Assembly (NCBI GenBank): GCA_965649765.1
Contig: OZ287749.1
Location: 97,154,001 to 97,218,000, forward strand
Direction: 5' to 3'
Length of the DNA: 64,000 bases
DNA from: Bispira polyomma
Lineage: Eukaryota
This document shows positions 12,701 through 26,962 of this stretch, one piece after another; position 1 is the stretch's first letter; each line of letters opens with the position of its first letter. Both the position numbers and the translations under genes were made by a program. Below the pieces are notes generated by a model that was given only the letters and a program-made list of their open reading frames with translations, ran no database searches and had not been told where the DNA came from.

Positions 12701-14796
12701 TAAATATAATGTTGCAAGGGAGTTCCAGCCTTTAAAACCATCGAAACCTTTGCTAAATGTAGATTATTAGAGATCCAGCATTGTGTCTGGTCAAAAATAT
12801 TTATGTGCAATCACATTTTTGGTTTTGCTTTTCAAATTTAATATTTAATACCTCAGGCGAGAAGTTACAACTTCATAGAAATGTTTCAATTTTGGTGGAA
12901 AGTTAAGTGATAAACTTATGGTTTACTACCAGGATACAATATGGTTGATAAGGTATTCAGTATGGGTTTCTTTATAGCCCATATATGTGTGTATAACTAA
13001 CATCACTGAGATTTTTTCGTGATAACTAATTAAAGCACTCATTTTGACCAAAGAAACATTAAAAGTAAAAACATAAATGATAAATGTTATATATAGGTAT
13101 CATTTCGTGTTGGATTTTTTGGAAGGGAGTTACAAAGTTTTTGGGGGTCATTCCAAACTATTGGACCACAGCTGACAAACGTTTATGAGCAGAGGAAACT
13201 GTTGGGAGATAACATCCATCAAATAATCTTCTGTGTATGTACAGTAGGCACCAAAAATATAGTGACACCCCTTCTGATTTGACTTTATGTACATGGCTTT
13301 GTCTTCAAAGTTTGTATATGTGAGTGTATTGTGTGGGAAATGTTTCCCATATATTATATGTACATTTACCAGTATTAATTATAGTGAAAAATTGCTATAA
13401 ACAAAGTGCATTAGAAATCAATATGTCATGCATCAGTTTTCAAGCATTCAGAATGTATAGTACTGAATTTATATAACAGCCATAATCTGAAATGTATATT
13501 TCTCACATTTATTCTATGATATTAAAATATATCACATTCCATAAGCTACTTCTGTTTTAAGAAATAAAAAAGGAAAAACAAAAAGTCACTTATATGTCTT
13601 TTATGCCAATATATTTTTCATATCCTGTTTATAACAAAAAAAAACCGCTTTGCAACACTCAACACATATAACCATATATATGACGTCATCAACCCTATTG
13701 ACGTCATACATCTATGCACTAATACCTCTCTCCTCCCCATCTGTCCTTTAGTTTTTGTCGGCCACTGTGCACACATATATACACACATTACACACACAAT
13801 AACATTACCCCAGCTAGCAGTCCAGATCTCCCCCTCCCCCCAAATCCCCTACTACTACTCAAGACTATCGGGTTGCCCGACCCTATCTACCAATTTCCAG
13901 TGTTGACGGGTTTTGATACCAGATCTTGATGGACGAGGTCGCCTGTGTGGATACCTAGTTATAGTGGGTGGTGAGTCCCAAACCACAGAATGTAACTCAT
14001 GGATAAATATTACCAGATAATAGAATTGTCTGAAAGAAGTAGATTAGGCCTGATAACTTATTTGGTTTTTAGTCAGTTTATGTTGGAGATGGTATATAGT
14101 TTAGGATTTTAAGTTAATTCAGTGACATATAAGTAAAATGAGAGTCTATATATTGGCTATTGTGCCTCCGACCTCGTTAGGGGAAGGATTAAGTGCCATA
14201 TATCCTCATTGCGCTAATAATGATTACAACTGCTGGTATCACAGTTCTTCTAAGCCACTGTCATATAAGTATATTGTGTATATTTTTGATCTGTATCCCT
14301 TAGAACTCGTTAGTACGAAGGTTAAGTCATATGGAAGTTAGAATGAGTAAGAAAATGGTATCAACACCTGTTCTTGAGTTTTATAAAAAAGCATATATTT
14401 TAGCCATATTCTACGTGTTAATAGTTACAAATAGACTGTATTTATACTTACCATAATTAGACATGACCCAAACAGTTCTCTATTTTTGTGACATACACCT
14501 CTCTGATTGCCCACGTTTTACTCAATATTTTCTATATATATATATATATATCTCCAGAAAGTGCTAAGATGACTAGGTATATAAGGTTTCATGAACGTGA
14601 CCAAGGTAATTACAGATTCACATGAACAAGTTTTCCTTGATGTAAATTTTTCACTTGTATCAAGATATTTTATACACGATTATAATCAGCAACGCGAACT
14701 TAGAACCAAATTTACAAAAAAATTCTGACCCCCATTAGTCTGTCTGCGGTATGTCTAATGTCACACACTTACCGACAAGTATTCAGATTACAGAAT

Positions 14797-14995
14797 ATGG
14801 TGAAACTCTCTATTATCCAAACTTGTCTTGTTATCAGGATATTCTATTTTATGAATTCAATTTCACTCTTCCAAATTTACAGTTTAGTTTTTCTATTGTT
14901 CCATACTAAAAATGCCCCTTCAATTTCCTGAATTTCTATTATCCGAACAAAATCTTAGCTGTCCAGTTGTGTTTCAGATAATAGAGATGTTCCAA
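14797..14995. mobile_element. Tc1/mariner (pogo/Tigger-like) MITE remnant
   Basis: Inverted ends gaaactctctattatccaaac ... gtttcagataatagagatgttcc, plus an internal copy of tctattatccgaac. Confidence 0.55.
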
Positions 14996-16194
14996 CATAC
15001 ATATAACCTTTCAGGATAAATCCCTATTTTGTGACATACCACCCTTAGAATCTGGCAGTGTTTTCATGATTTCCTATCTACCAGTGGATGTTTTTATTGA
15101 GGTGGGGAGGGGGGTCTAGGGGACGAAGGATGCAGGGGGAGGAGTTATTGCAGTTGAGCTGTGTATGCTTGCTAGGTATACCAGAGGTAGGGGGGGTAGG
15201 GACTGAGTAGAGGGGGTGGGGAAACTATAGAAGTCTGTTATCATCCTGGCTGGCCCTGGACCAAATGGGAAGAGATAAGAGCTGACTGACTGGGTGTATG
15301 TGTGGGTGTATGTGTGGGTGAGGAGCCTGTGTAATGGAGAACCATTAGCAGATAACAGCTGGTGGACTGAGTGAGCATATTATTTTTACAATGGAGCCCA
15401 GTATTTTATTAGAATGTTTTAAAATCTCAAACTCACACAAATATCTTAAAAGTTATTGTATCTTTGTGCAAAAGAAATGTATTGAAAATCTGACCACATA
15501 TTTGAGTTCCTCGCTGAAATCTCTATTAAAATGAATGGTCACTTGTTTGGGTTTTTATTTTACATATTAATATGGAAATCTATGGATATGGCACTTCAGT
15601 TTCAGCATAGAGTTTAAGTTAGGACATTTGATAAATGTTGAAACCAGGACCATGGCAAGCATTAGAGAGCGCAATACTGGCCTAGCCAGAACAAGGCTCT
15701 ACTCTCAGAAATATTGCTACATTTAAACTTAATCGGTAACTTTGGGTTAAGAGATAGGGGGGGACCTAAAATAAACAACTTTCCAATTTACAACAAAATG
15801 AGATTTAGATATTAATTGAAGGTTTGTGAAGTTTATCAACATGCCATCCAATTCAATTACATAATTTTGTTTCACATGTCTAAGCCTGGACCAAGGCTAC
15901 TACTACTAATACATGGCATAGTCATATCTTTATCTTAATGTATGTGTTTGTACATAGACTCCACATAATCTGGTTATTGTCTTCTATGATGGTGGCTGAG
16001 ATTGAGAGTAAAAAAAAACCTCAACAAAATTTAGAAAATGATTTACAATATTATAAACTATGTTTTAATGGATTGTGGATCTCCTCTTAAATAATTACCC
16101 TTTAAAGGTTAACAGATACCACGAATTAAATATTTACAACATCCGTTACTATATATAGATATGTGTAGTAAAGATATATTTATTCAAAAGTATA

Positions 16195-16300
16195 ATTACT
16201 TCCACCAAGGAGTTTATATTTTCGCCTGTGTCTGTTTGTTTGTAGTAGTATTATTACTTATTTGACCAATTTGGACCAAACTTAGTGGGAGCTTAGGGAA
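16195..16300 (+). mobile_element. Helentron-associated (HINE/DINE-like) fragment
   Basis: attacttccaccaaggagtttatattttc...gtctgtttgtttgt...ccaatttggaccaaacttagtgg; related to 16905, 40640 and 47530. Confidence 0.5.
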
Positions 16301-16904
16301 TATAGACTTAAAAATAAACCATTCCCAAGGTACACAAATCTTTCAATAAAAATAGAAATTCCAAGAATCTTACAGAGACCCATGCTTGATTTACAAATTT
16401 CAAAATAATTAAGCCAGATTTTAAAACATTCCTTGCAATATATAACGAAAGTTAATATATACCTAAAGCATATTGAAGACTGAAATAGTCCTATTTGTTG
16501 CTTTATATTGATGGCCTTTGGCTGCTGTACAACAACATTGAATAATGGACAAATTGGCTTTATAATTCCTTGTGTATAGTTTGTATGCTTGGAAGGTTAG
16601 CTGATTTGCTCCCCAAGGCCATGGGTTAGATTCGGTTACTACAACCACATAGTCATATTTAAATAGAAAAGAAACCCAAATATTTTGATAACTAGTTAAA
16701 AGGTTAGTGTAATGGAAATAATGGTAAAAGTAAACCAAATAATTGATAGTAGAGAAATATATAAACAAACACTATTGTAGCATCTGTCTGTCCATTTGCG
16801 TGTGGAATTATTATGACAAGCCAAGTTTTTTTTAAGGTATTTACTATGTATTGTTTTAAAAGCCAGTCATTTTGGCACAAAAAACGGCTAATTGAAGAAG
16901 AAAA

Positions 16905-16995
16905 TGACCTTCGTCAAGGAGGTTATGTTTTCACCCGTCTCTATTTGTTTGTTTTTGTTAACTACTTTATCGAATTTTAGCAAACTTTGTGGGGG
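16905..16995 (+). mobile_element. HINE/DINE-like fragment
   Basis: accttcgtcaaggaggttatgttttcacc...tttgtttgt...aaactttgtgg. Confidence 0.5.
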
Positions 16996-17281
16996 TCAAA
17001 GGGCAAAAAATGAATGAGTATTATTTACCATACGTCAAAAATTTACTATGAAATGGGTGTTTTTTGGTCAAATAAGTTATTCCTCTATTTTCTGATGCTA
17101 TCAGATGGCTGACTTTTGAAAGGTCTAGGTATGTAGATAAAGCACAGACTCCTTTTTGCAATTGTGTACCCCATGACTTCAAAATACACTATAGACTGAC
17201 TCTGCATTTTATCATTTTATTTTATTTTTTACATGTTCATTATTTTATTTCCGAATTAATAACTATTGTTAAGGGTTTACT

Positions 17282-17283
<2 letters not shown>

Positions 17284-17332
<49 letters not shown>
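17284..17332. repeat. (TA)n microsatellite
   Basis: Perfect TA run. Confidence 0.95.
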
Positions 17333-17335
<3 letters not shown>

Positions 17336-20300
17336 GGTTAAACTGTTGAAAGGTTACAAACACTTTTATAATTACACCTATCTCACACCAATTAAAGTAC
17401 ATAAAAGGAGGGCCATATGGGAGAAAGTTCATTAATTTCTCATTTACCAGCACAAGAATTCCAGCTATATATCTCTATAGTGATATTTGTACTCCTGTAG
17501 TTAGATGTCGAGGAGGTGAGACATTTAAACAGTGACTTAATTGGCACATATGTGATAACAATATTGCTCCTGTCTATACATAAACTGGTAGCCTAAATTT
17601 ATAGCACTCGTTAATTAACTCTAATCTGTCAGCTTTTTAACTCTTGCAATAACTTAAAACTAGTTAAAATGCATGTATATATTGCTACCTAATTATGGGA
17701 TGTCTCTAGATCATGGGAAGAGTATTCATTTTTGATTAAGACATAATTACCTAAATAGCCCAATACTCTCATTACCCATCTATAGCAAACTAAATATAAA
17801 TCAAGAGATAGGCACACTTTTTAAAACCACACTCTAAACTCAATTATATTAAATCAGTTATAAGTTGTTATAAGGCAAGGCATTTCTTATTTTCTCAAAT
17901 TAGAAATCATTTTTATGTGCAATTTTATTAAAAGAAAAATCATATGATATTGCCCAGCAATACAAATGTAGGGTTCGTGCTAGAGTTAAAATAAAGGCAA
18001 GTTCCTATATAACAGAGAGAAATGTTATATGACACCTTCTATATGTACACCCACTAATAGACACTCATCCATTCTGAGGTCTTTGTATTGAGCCCATTAT
18101 AGAGTTGGACATATGTATTATGTACAGTTCACTCCACTATTTACTGAGTCACCCAGTTTTCACATTGACCTCTGACCCCCCTCATTTATTAGGAGAAGAA
18201 AAAGGGCCATTTACTTGTCACAGTAAACAGGCCTTTTCTCCAAATATATCTCACCATTCACACTAAAGCTCAAATACCCTAATGAGGGTGTCCCTATCTG
18301 ATAAATCTTATCTATATTCCTGTCTGTAAAGGGGAGATGAGTAAAAATCTGACTGGATATTTGAATTCAGCGCTAAAAGCCATATTGAAACGAATAGTCC
18401 TAAGTGTGGATTAATTTCAATACAGACAAGTAATTTACACTTTAAGTTTAAGACTGAGTTTGAGTTTCTGATTAAGTCTCTGATGTACAATTGTCAGAAC
18501 TCACACTCTCCTCCTCCTCTACACACATACAAACACACATACAATACATTAGGAAGGTATAATATATATCCTATAATGGCCACATAACACTTATTCTATA
18601 GACACTAACTAACTTTCTCTATCAATACACAATACACATATATAATATATACCCCACCCCCACACCCATCATTGACAAGAAGATGGACTTTTCCACACAG
18701 TATAGTATCTTCAAGTGTCTTTTCTCTCCCCTCTCAAACATGTCAGACCTATTTGCTCTATTATCGCCCGGGGGACCCCCACTTCATTATCAGCTTTCTC
18801 CATCTTGATCTGCGGCCCGAATCGAATTACTGCCGCCCATTGTGGCCAGATTTTACAGACAAATGATGGATGACAAATAATCCCAAATTAAATGTAAGCA
18901 TAATGACTAGCCATTTCGTGTTCTGAACTACTACTCACGGGTGAGGAGAAGGTTTTGGGTGAGAAAGGGAGGGGTGGGGGAAGGGGGGGGGGGAGTGTTT
19001 TGAAATTTGAGATACTCTGGTTGAGTCTTTATTACGTTGACGTTTGAATGGACAGCCATAAGGTATTATATACAGTGAATAAAGTGAAAAGGGGTGTTTA
19101 TAAGATAAGATCTCACACCAAAATAATGTGATTTGAAGTAAAATGGTTTTGAAATTTTGTTTGGTGTGTCTGTGTGCAAGCAAAGGATAGATTTTAACAC
19201 GGCTATATAGTTTTGGTAATGTGGGATAATGGTGGGTGGACAAGGATTTGGTGGGTGTATTATACATATAATACCCATGAGTATATATATCTTGTAATAT
19301 ATAATTAGAATTGACCCCTATGTACTTGAGTAGTACTAATTATGGTCAAACATCCCACTAATCCTGAAAAAACCCAACATTAATACATAGTAGGAAAAAT
19401 GACCTATATTTTGATATCTTGAGCACTCTCACTAATTTTTTTCTTAAAAGACTTTTTTATTTTGCTTATGATAATTTTTTTAATATGATATTTTTTTTAA
19501 ATACATTTTATATATTCTTATCTCTGAAAAGGCCCAAAAAATGACTCTGATAATGACGCTTGTGTATGTAGAAGTGTATTCACCGATTCCTGAGTATATA
19601 CTTCTCTACCACACACAACAGAGCTAGGATTGTCAGAAACCCACTTTTTCTCCATCTTTTAAAAAAACCCAGTAAAAATACCCTTATAGTTTCTTCTACC
19701 TTGTTAGTTTCTTTGGATGTAATTTGAGATGTGGGGGGTAAGAGGGTGGGTGGGGGGGGGAGAAAGCTGAGGGGCTGTCTATCTAACAAGTGAAACTCTG
19801 ACATCTGCTCTGTAATACACTTTAGAAACAAACTCACAGTAAGAAATACACCTCACACAGAATTTTATCTTTACAATGAAGATACTTTCAAATAGCCATT
19901 CAATCCTATATAATAGACAATATATATAATAAGTAAGTTACAAGTTTTTACATTTAGCCCCTCTCCCCCTTCTCACCATTCACCGAAATAGCCTTTCCAA
20001 TAATCTGTCTTGGGTTTATACATATTAACTAGAAATCTTTGGACCATCATGACAGTTTCTATATCCACATCCACATAACTGAATCTGTAGTATGCAGCAA
20101 TACAAGACGTTTTAAGTACAATGATTGCTCCTAAATTAGTCAGTTTAAAGTTCCAATGTGGCTGTGTGTCAAGTTCCAGACAATCGTATGTAAACCAAGC
20201 TTCATTTTTTTCATGGCCACAAGTTCAAGCTGACATATTTGTATTTTAGTATTGTCAACCAACATCAAGCTGCAAGTTATATTTCTAACAGTTTATGAAT

Positions 20301-20569
20301 ATAATGGGCTGTTGACTCTAAGCCCAAGTAAAATGTCAAGCCACATATTATTGTCCTGAAAATACAAAAAAATATAGCTCTAAACATTAACCAGCTTTAA
20401 ATAAGACAAAGAAATATAAAAAGTACCTGTAAAACCTTAATGGGGAAAGTTATATCAAAATGAGAGCCAAAGACACTTGTATTTAGAAAAAGTATGCAGG
20501 AGCTCCCGTATTTAAAACCCCCAAAACCTATGGTGTCTTTTTCAACACTCTTTTCTACTATCTCTTCTC

Positions 20570-20730
20570 TCTCACCTGGTATCCGGTTTCAATGATTGAC
20601 AGGCGTTGCCATGGCGACCGCTTCTAACAGAGGTAATAGTGAGTGTGTCTGAATTATCGATATGTCTTCTTCCTGGGTCGGGAGAGATTCCACCAATCAG
20701 ATTGCAGCTGTCGGCCATAATGGTTTTCCC
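20570..20730 (+). promoter_or_regulatory. Probable Six1/2 proximal promoter
   Basis: TGATTGACAG (Pbx-Prep/Meis decamer) at 20593-20602, GTTGCCATGGCGAC (RFX X-box) at 20605-20618, CCAATCA (NF-Y) from 20693. Locally CpG-rich, ~1.2-1.3 kb upstream of the ATG. Confidence 0.65.
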
Positions 20731-21834
20731 CCCTTCTGCAAAGCGGTAGTGAGAGATATGGGGGGAGGGGTGAATCTCTACTCGTTGTAGTAGAAGGAGA
20801 CGAAAGATGATATATTAGTTTTGGAAGAGAAGTTGCACTGGCACACTGTGTGTATTTGTGTATGTACACTGAGAACTGAGAAGTGCATTTTATATAGATG
20901 TATATTGTAGTTATTAAATTAGAAAGTCAACACAGGGACTAGTAGGCGGGGGGGATTTGTGTTGTTTTCTTTTTTTGTAAACACACCTAATATATTGAAA
21001 GAGAGTTCGTGTGTCTTTTGAAGGTAATATACTGCACACAAACAGACACACATGTTAGAAAACACAGCAGGAGTTAGGATCCGAGGACTATTTTCACAAA
21101 TGTATGATGGTGAACTGATATATATCTATTCTGTTGTAAGTTAATCTACAGTAGTGAGGGTGGGTGTTTGTTAGATAAATCACTCATATATTTTAAGAGA
21201 TATCGCCTTTGAATAGTAGTTCTTATATACACAACTGGTTGATGGGCTGACTATATGTGTGGCTATATATCTGACTGGTTGTAAGGGTGTGTGTGTTGTA
21301 CACAAAAGAGATGGTGATATAGGTACACTCTCACACATACACAGAAGCATACACCACACATACATCAACAGAAAAGGGATACTGCCACTGGCAAACAAAA
21401 CAAAAACACCAATATTTCCAGGCAGATTTTTTTTGTGGTATTTTTTTTTGTTATATAAAAGTTTGTTCTGTGGAGGTGTGTGCCAGCCTCTTACGGCAGT
21501 AAAGCAGTCTGCTAATAGTGTTCACTGCATGCTGTTATTATTCAATGTAATAATTATTTTAGATACCGAAGAGAAAAAAAACAGGGAATAATAACTGTTG
21601 TGTATATGCCTTTTCATTGACATCAAGCTAATTCAACACATAGCGGGATGTGCTTGTGGTGTATGAACTTGGCAAATTGATATATATTATAGACGAAGGA
21701 TTAAAGGTAACATTTCAGTGTGTGTTTTTTTGTATTAGTATTGTATTGTATTCACTTTGTTAGTTAAGAGAAGTTTTACCTGGAGTTACAAAGTAACAGT
21801 TGGATATATATTCTGGGAGTTTTCATCTTCTTAA

Positions 21835-22545
<711 letters not shown>

Positions 22546-22584
22546 TAAGAAAATAACACGCATGTGAGAAACCACAGTGAGTGT

Positions 22585-22683
22585 ACACATGTAACCATGT
22601 CACCGTGCACATGTACACCCGGTCACAGTACACATGTACACCCGGTCACAGTACACATGTACACCCGGTCACAGTACACATGT
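22585..22683. repeat. 23-bp tandem repeat (cacatgtacacccggtcacagta) x3.3 plus one degenerate unit
   Basis: Identical units at 22608, 22631 and 22654. Confidence 0.9.
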
Positions 22684-25600
22684 TCTTACAGGTCAAGGTC
22701 ATCAAATTAGTATTGGTTCTATAGGGTTAAGCTGTTGTGTTGAGAAGGACTGGATTAATTTTCCATTCAGTAAAAAAGTTTACAATTTGTCAGCAAATAT
22801 ATGAAATTTTTAAATTATACCACACTAACAAATTTGACTCTGCTGTCTAAAATGCAAAAATGAAATCAAAATTTGAATTCCATTGTCTATGACATTCTTG
22901 TATATACACAATATGTTTATTTTACTTTAAAGATGAAACAGTATATTTAAGTTGCATAGTTTAACAGTTGCATAGTTTAACAGTTGTCGAAAAATATAAT
23001 GTATCTGTGGCATTAGAATTTAATCCTAATACATAGATTTATTCAGACCCAGTACATACAAGTCACACAACTATAGAGATAGCCTGACTCTGTACACATA
23101 CCTGTCCTACCAGCCTTGATTCTGATTAGCTTCACTCTAATGAGCACTGGAATTAATGAGCTGAATTATAAGTCACCACAGGCCAGTACTATATAGATCA
23201 AGGTTAATTCTCAGAAAAAATGCATACAAAAAATCAGCAACAAAAAATGAAACAAAAATATGTCACATTTATATATGAGCCATTTAATGGTCCAGTATGT
23301 TTTTGGTATTTACAAGCTGAATATAATAATTAGGGAATTTTTGTTTAAGTAACAAAAAGCTATACAGTCTGATATCAAATTGCTTTTTAAAAACTCTACT
23401 AAAGTCTCATTATTATTTTAATGTTAAAGTTTAACACAGTTAGTATTAGAAGGGTATGCCCATGGATAAATATATACATATATATGTAATACAGTTAATA
23501 GTTGTATTTCTTCAATTTCTTATAGTGTGACAGGCAATATAAATCCAGATAATTACACCGAGCAAACAGAAATCATCAAAATTGCCCAGCATCGAAAGAT
23601 TTCGGACATAAAACAAAATATGATAACATCTATAATAATATATAATATCAAATCTACAATTAATAAATACATCTAGTGCTACTTCTCAGCATATCCATAC
23701 ATCTACAGAGACCTCTGTCTACACAAAGTCATTGAAGTCATTACTTTAAAGTATCAGGTATATAAACTCCTGGACTTTTTTTGTCACAGATATTGTTTTT
23801 GAAAGAGCAAAAGTCAGCAAATAGTCACGACCATTAAAGCTCTGAACATTAGCTCTCATCACAGGCCTTTTGTAAAAAAAACTTGTGGATATTTGATAGC
23901 TTGTAATAAAAACATGGACACAACCAAAACTAGACGGGATGGAATTAGGTAATAATATACATGCTTCTGGACTTAACTGTTCCACTGTTAAATCTAGAGC
24001 TTTAAAACTATTTTTTTTTCTAGGTGATTTTGACGACTAGTAATTATCACAGAATATTTTGCTGAAGCAAGGGGGCATGCATGTAAATCTTTTGCTGTGA
24101 CAAATATAGAGATTTCTGATGGCAAGAAAATTTGTGTGTTTTATTGTAAAGACATAATAACGAAGCTCAAAATGAAATGATAATTGGCAACAAAAACAAC
24201 AAAACAATTCTTATATCCAGGTATTTATGAGTCACGACAAAGTGTTTGTAGTTTAGTTTAGACATACACAGGAAATAACATAAAAACATAGTCCTTAAAT
24301 TGCCACTTCTGTGCCTTTTTGCAATGCATTCAATGAGTTCTTGAAACATATGTTGTATTTTTCTTTTTAAATGATTAAAAAGTACTCTTGATATTATATA
24401 CCTGTTGACTTTCAGCACCGTTTTTTATCTGTACACATCTATCTAAAATGATGTTTTATGTTTCTACTTTGAATTATTCAACTGTTTTTTAAAATTTAGT
24501 TATTCTTATATATGTAGTACAAAGTTGTATGTGGCTGTAATTTCGTGTGTAGCAGATTGCTGTAGATAACACAAAGCACATACAGATTATGACTGTTACA
24601 GCTTTGCTTCCAAGAGATAGGGTCCATCTGTTTGGTACAGATAAAACCTTCCACTCTTCACCACTGAGTAGTTTGTATCTGTGGAGGGGGGTGGGGGGGT
24701 GGGGGGGGGGGTGCAACCAACTCCAACCATAGATAGATAACCTTTATTTAAGTAAGAACAAAAATCAAACACAATAAAACTACAACAATTTGAAAAAATA
24801 AAAAAGAAACTACTCTGTAAATTGGTATTTTTAATGACACTGTTTAGCCTGGTGAACAATTTCAGAAGATTAAATAAAAGAAGTTAAAAAGTTGTTTTAT
24901 TTTATGTTTAAGTAAAATATACATTAAGTAGATTTGGTTGTAAGACTAAGTAGAATACTCACTGACTGAAGGTATTCATATCCCAGGTGGTGAGGAGTTT
25001 TACAGGAAACACTAAAAAAGTATGAGTGTTTTGGCTGAAGTCTCTAAACTATGGACCCACACAAACCTTGTCTGTATCTAGAGGTTAAGGTCACCTTTAA
25101 AGTTAGTTTGATATACAATCACACGACATATAAATATATATACAGGCTACTAGGCTAGACATGACCTCTTTTGAGTCAGAGCTAGTAGTTATTAATTTGT
25201 ACCTTCTCCTTATTAAAATATATATTGATGCAACAACATATGAGTATCTTTCTGTTACTAAGAATATCCCTGATATTTGACAAAAGACATTGTTAAAAGG
25301 AAACTCACTAAATTTATATTGTATTTAAATCTCTATTTTTTTCAGTTTTCGTTAGGCTTTAATATTATTCTCTATGGACTAAAGTTTAAAACAATATTAT
25401 TGTTAGATATGTATGTCATCACACAAAGACTGGCATTGTTCTTATATTTCTTCTGTAGAATTCTTGCAATAACTATTCAATGACAAAGTCAATTGCTTTT
25501 TATCATTTTTTTTTGTTCTCACTCTAAAACCTTTTGAACAAACAAATATATGTATTTTTCCTTCTTGACTGTATTTTAATGAACATGATTTTTTTTCTCT

Positions 25601-26962
25601 GCTACTTGGTATACAGAAAACACTTTTGGAAGTTTGTTCTAGTCAAAAAAGAGGATAGTTGAAAAGCACCTTGTGTTTTCTTTTGTCCCAACTTTACAAC
25701 TATGATGAAAAAAAAATCATCCTTTATTGAAAGACTGAGTATTAGAGCGACCCCTATCAGAGGGGATGAGGGTCTTGGGGCCAATGGGGAATCTGGTTAC
25801 AAAGGCACTCTAATAGTTGTATAGAAAATAACAGTAAGTGTGCCAGAGAGGACCCTTCAAGCTGACTCTAAGGACACCCCACCCCCCACCCTAAACCCCC
25901 ATCCTGCTATACCCCTCATATCCCTTGTTTGTTGTGAAATGTGTTTGTATAACAGACTTACATTACAAAACCATTACATTGGTTTAAAGGTCTATTTAAA
26001 ACTTAATTGAATAAATTGTTTTAAGCTTAAAATACACCTTAAAGCTATCTTTTCTTGTGAATATTTTGTCATAGCTTAAAAGTAATACATGCACAGCCAT
26101 TTTCAAATTTCATAGACAAAGGACGAAAGGTGAGAAAATATGTTTCCAATAAAACAGCTGAGCTGTTTTAAACTGTTAAGTATAAGATCTGGATGTTTTA
26201 GGCACCTTACTATGTACCATGAGTCTCGCCGCCAGGTGCAGATAGTTGAGTAGTACAAGAGTTGATCTCTTCCTAAATACACATGAGGGGCAAAAGGGCA
26301 AGTAGAGGGGGCGGAGACAAGGGGGTGTAAAGAAGGGGGGGGGGGGCTTGTTGTACTAATGCTCAGGTATAGTTGTAAAATGACATCATTGAGGCATGAA
26401 ATCTGTCAGAACTGTAAGGGGCCAAAAAAGATGGTTAAAAGGGCAGCATTTGACATGAATGGGACAGATAAACATTAGAGGTTTGGAGAGAGTGGAGGAG
26501 GGAGGGGGAGGGGGGGGGGAGTGTTTTAATGTTTGTCTCAGCTTTTAAGATGAAGGTGGAGTATGGTTTTAAAGAGAGGTGGGAGGTGGGGGGTTAAGGT
26601 ATAATGTCACTGTACAGGACTGGTGTGTCACACAGGATTTAAATCTTGTTGACATACACAGGGACAGTGCTGTGGTCAAACTTAGCTTGATGAACAATAC
26701 AGAAGTAATGTTGTGGCACAACTACTGAATCCATATAGAAGTCAATAGCATAGGCATACAGTTCAGGGTATATGGTATAGGAATAATGGTATGGTATATA
26801 GACTAATTTCAATGATTTGATATTTCCTATTGAAATGATTATATAGATAACGCAAGAAAACACAATCTGAAGTTCATAGAATAAAATGGTCTGCTCTTTT
26901 TGACAAAATGTAATTTGTTTGTGGCCAACAAACCCTATAATTACTCCCACATATAAGCTGTA

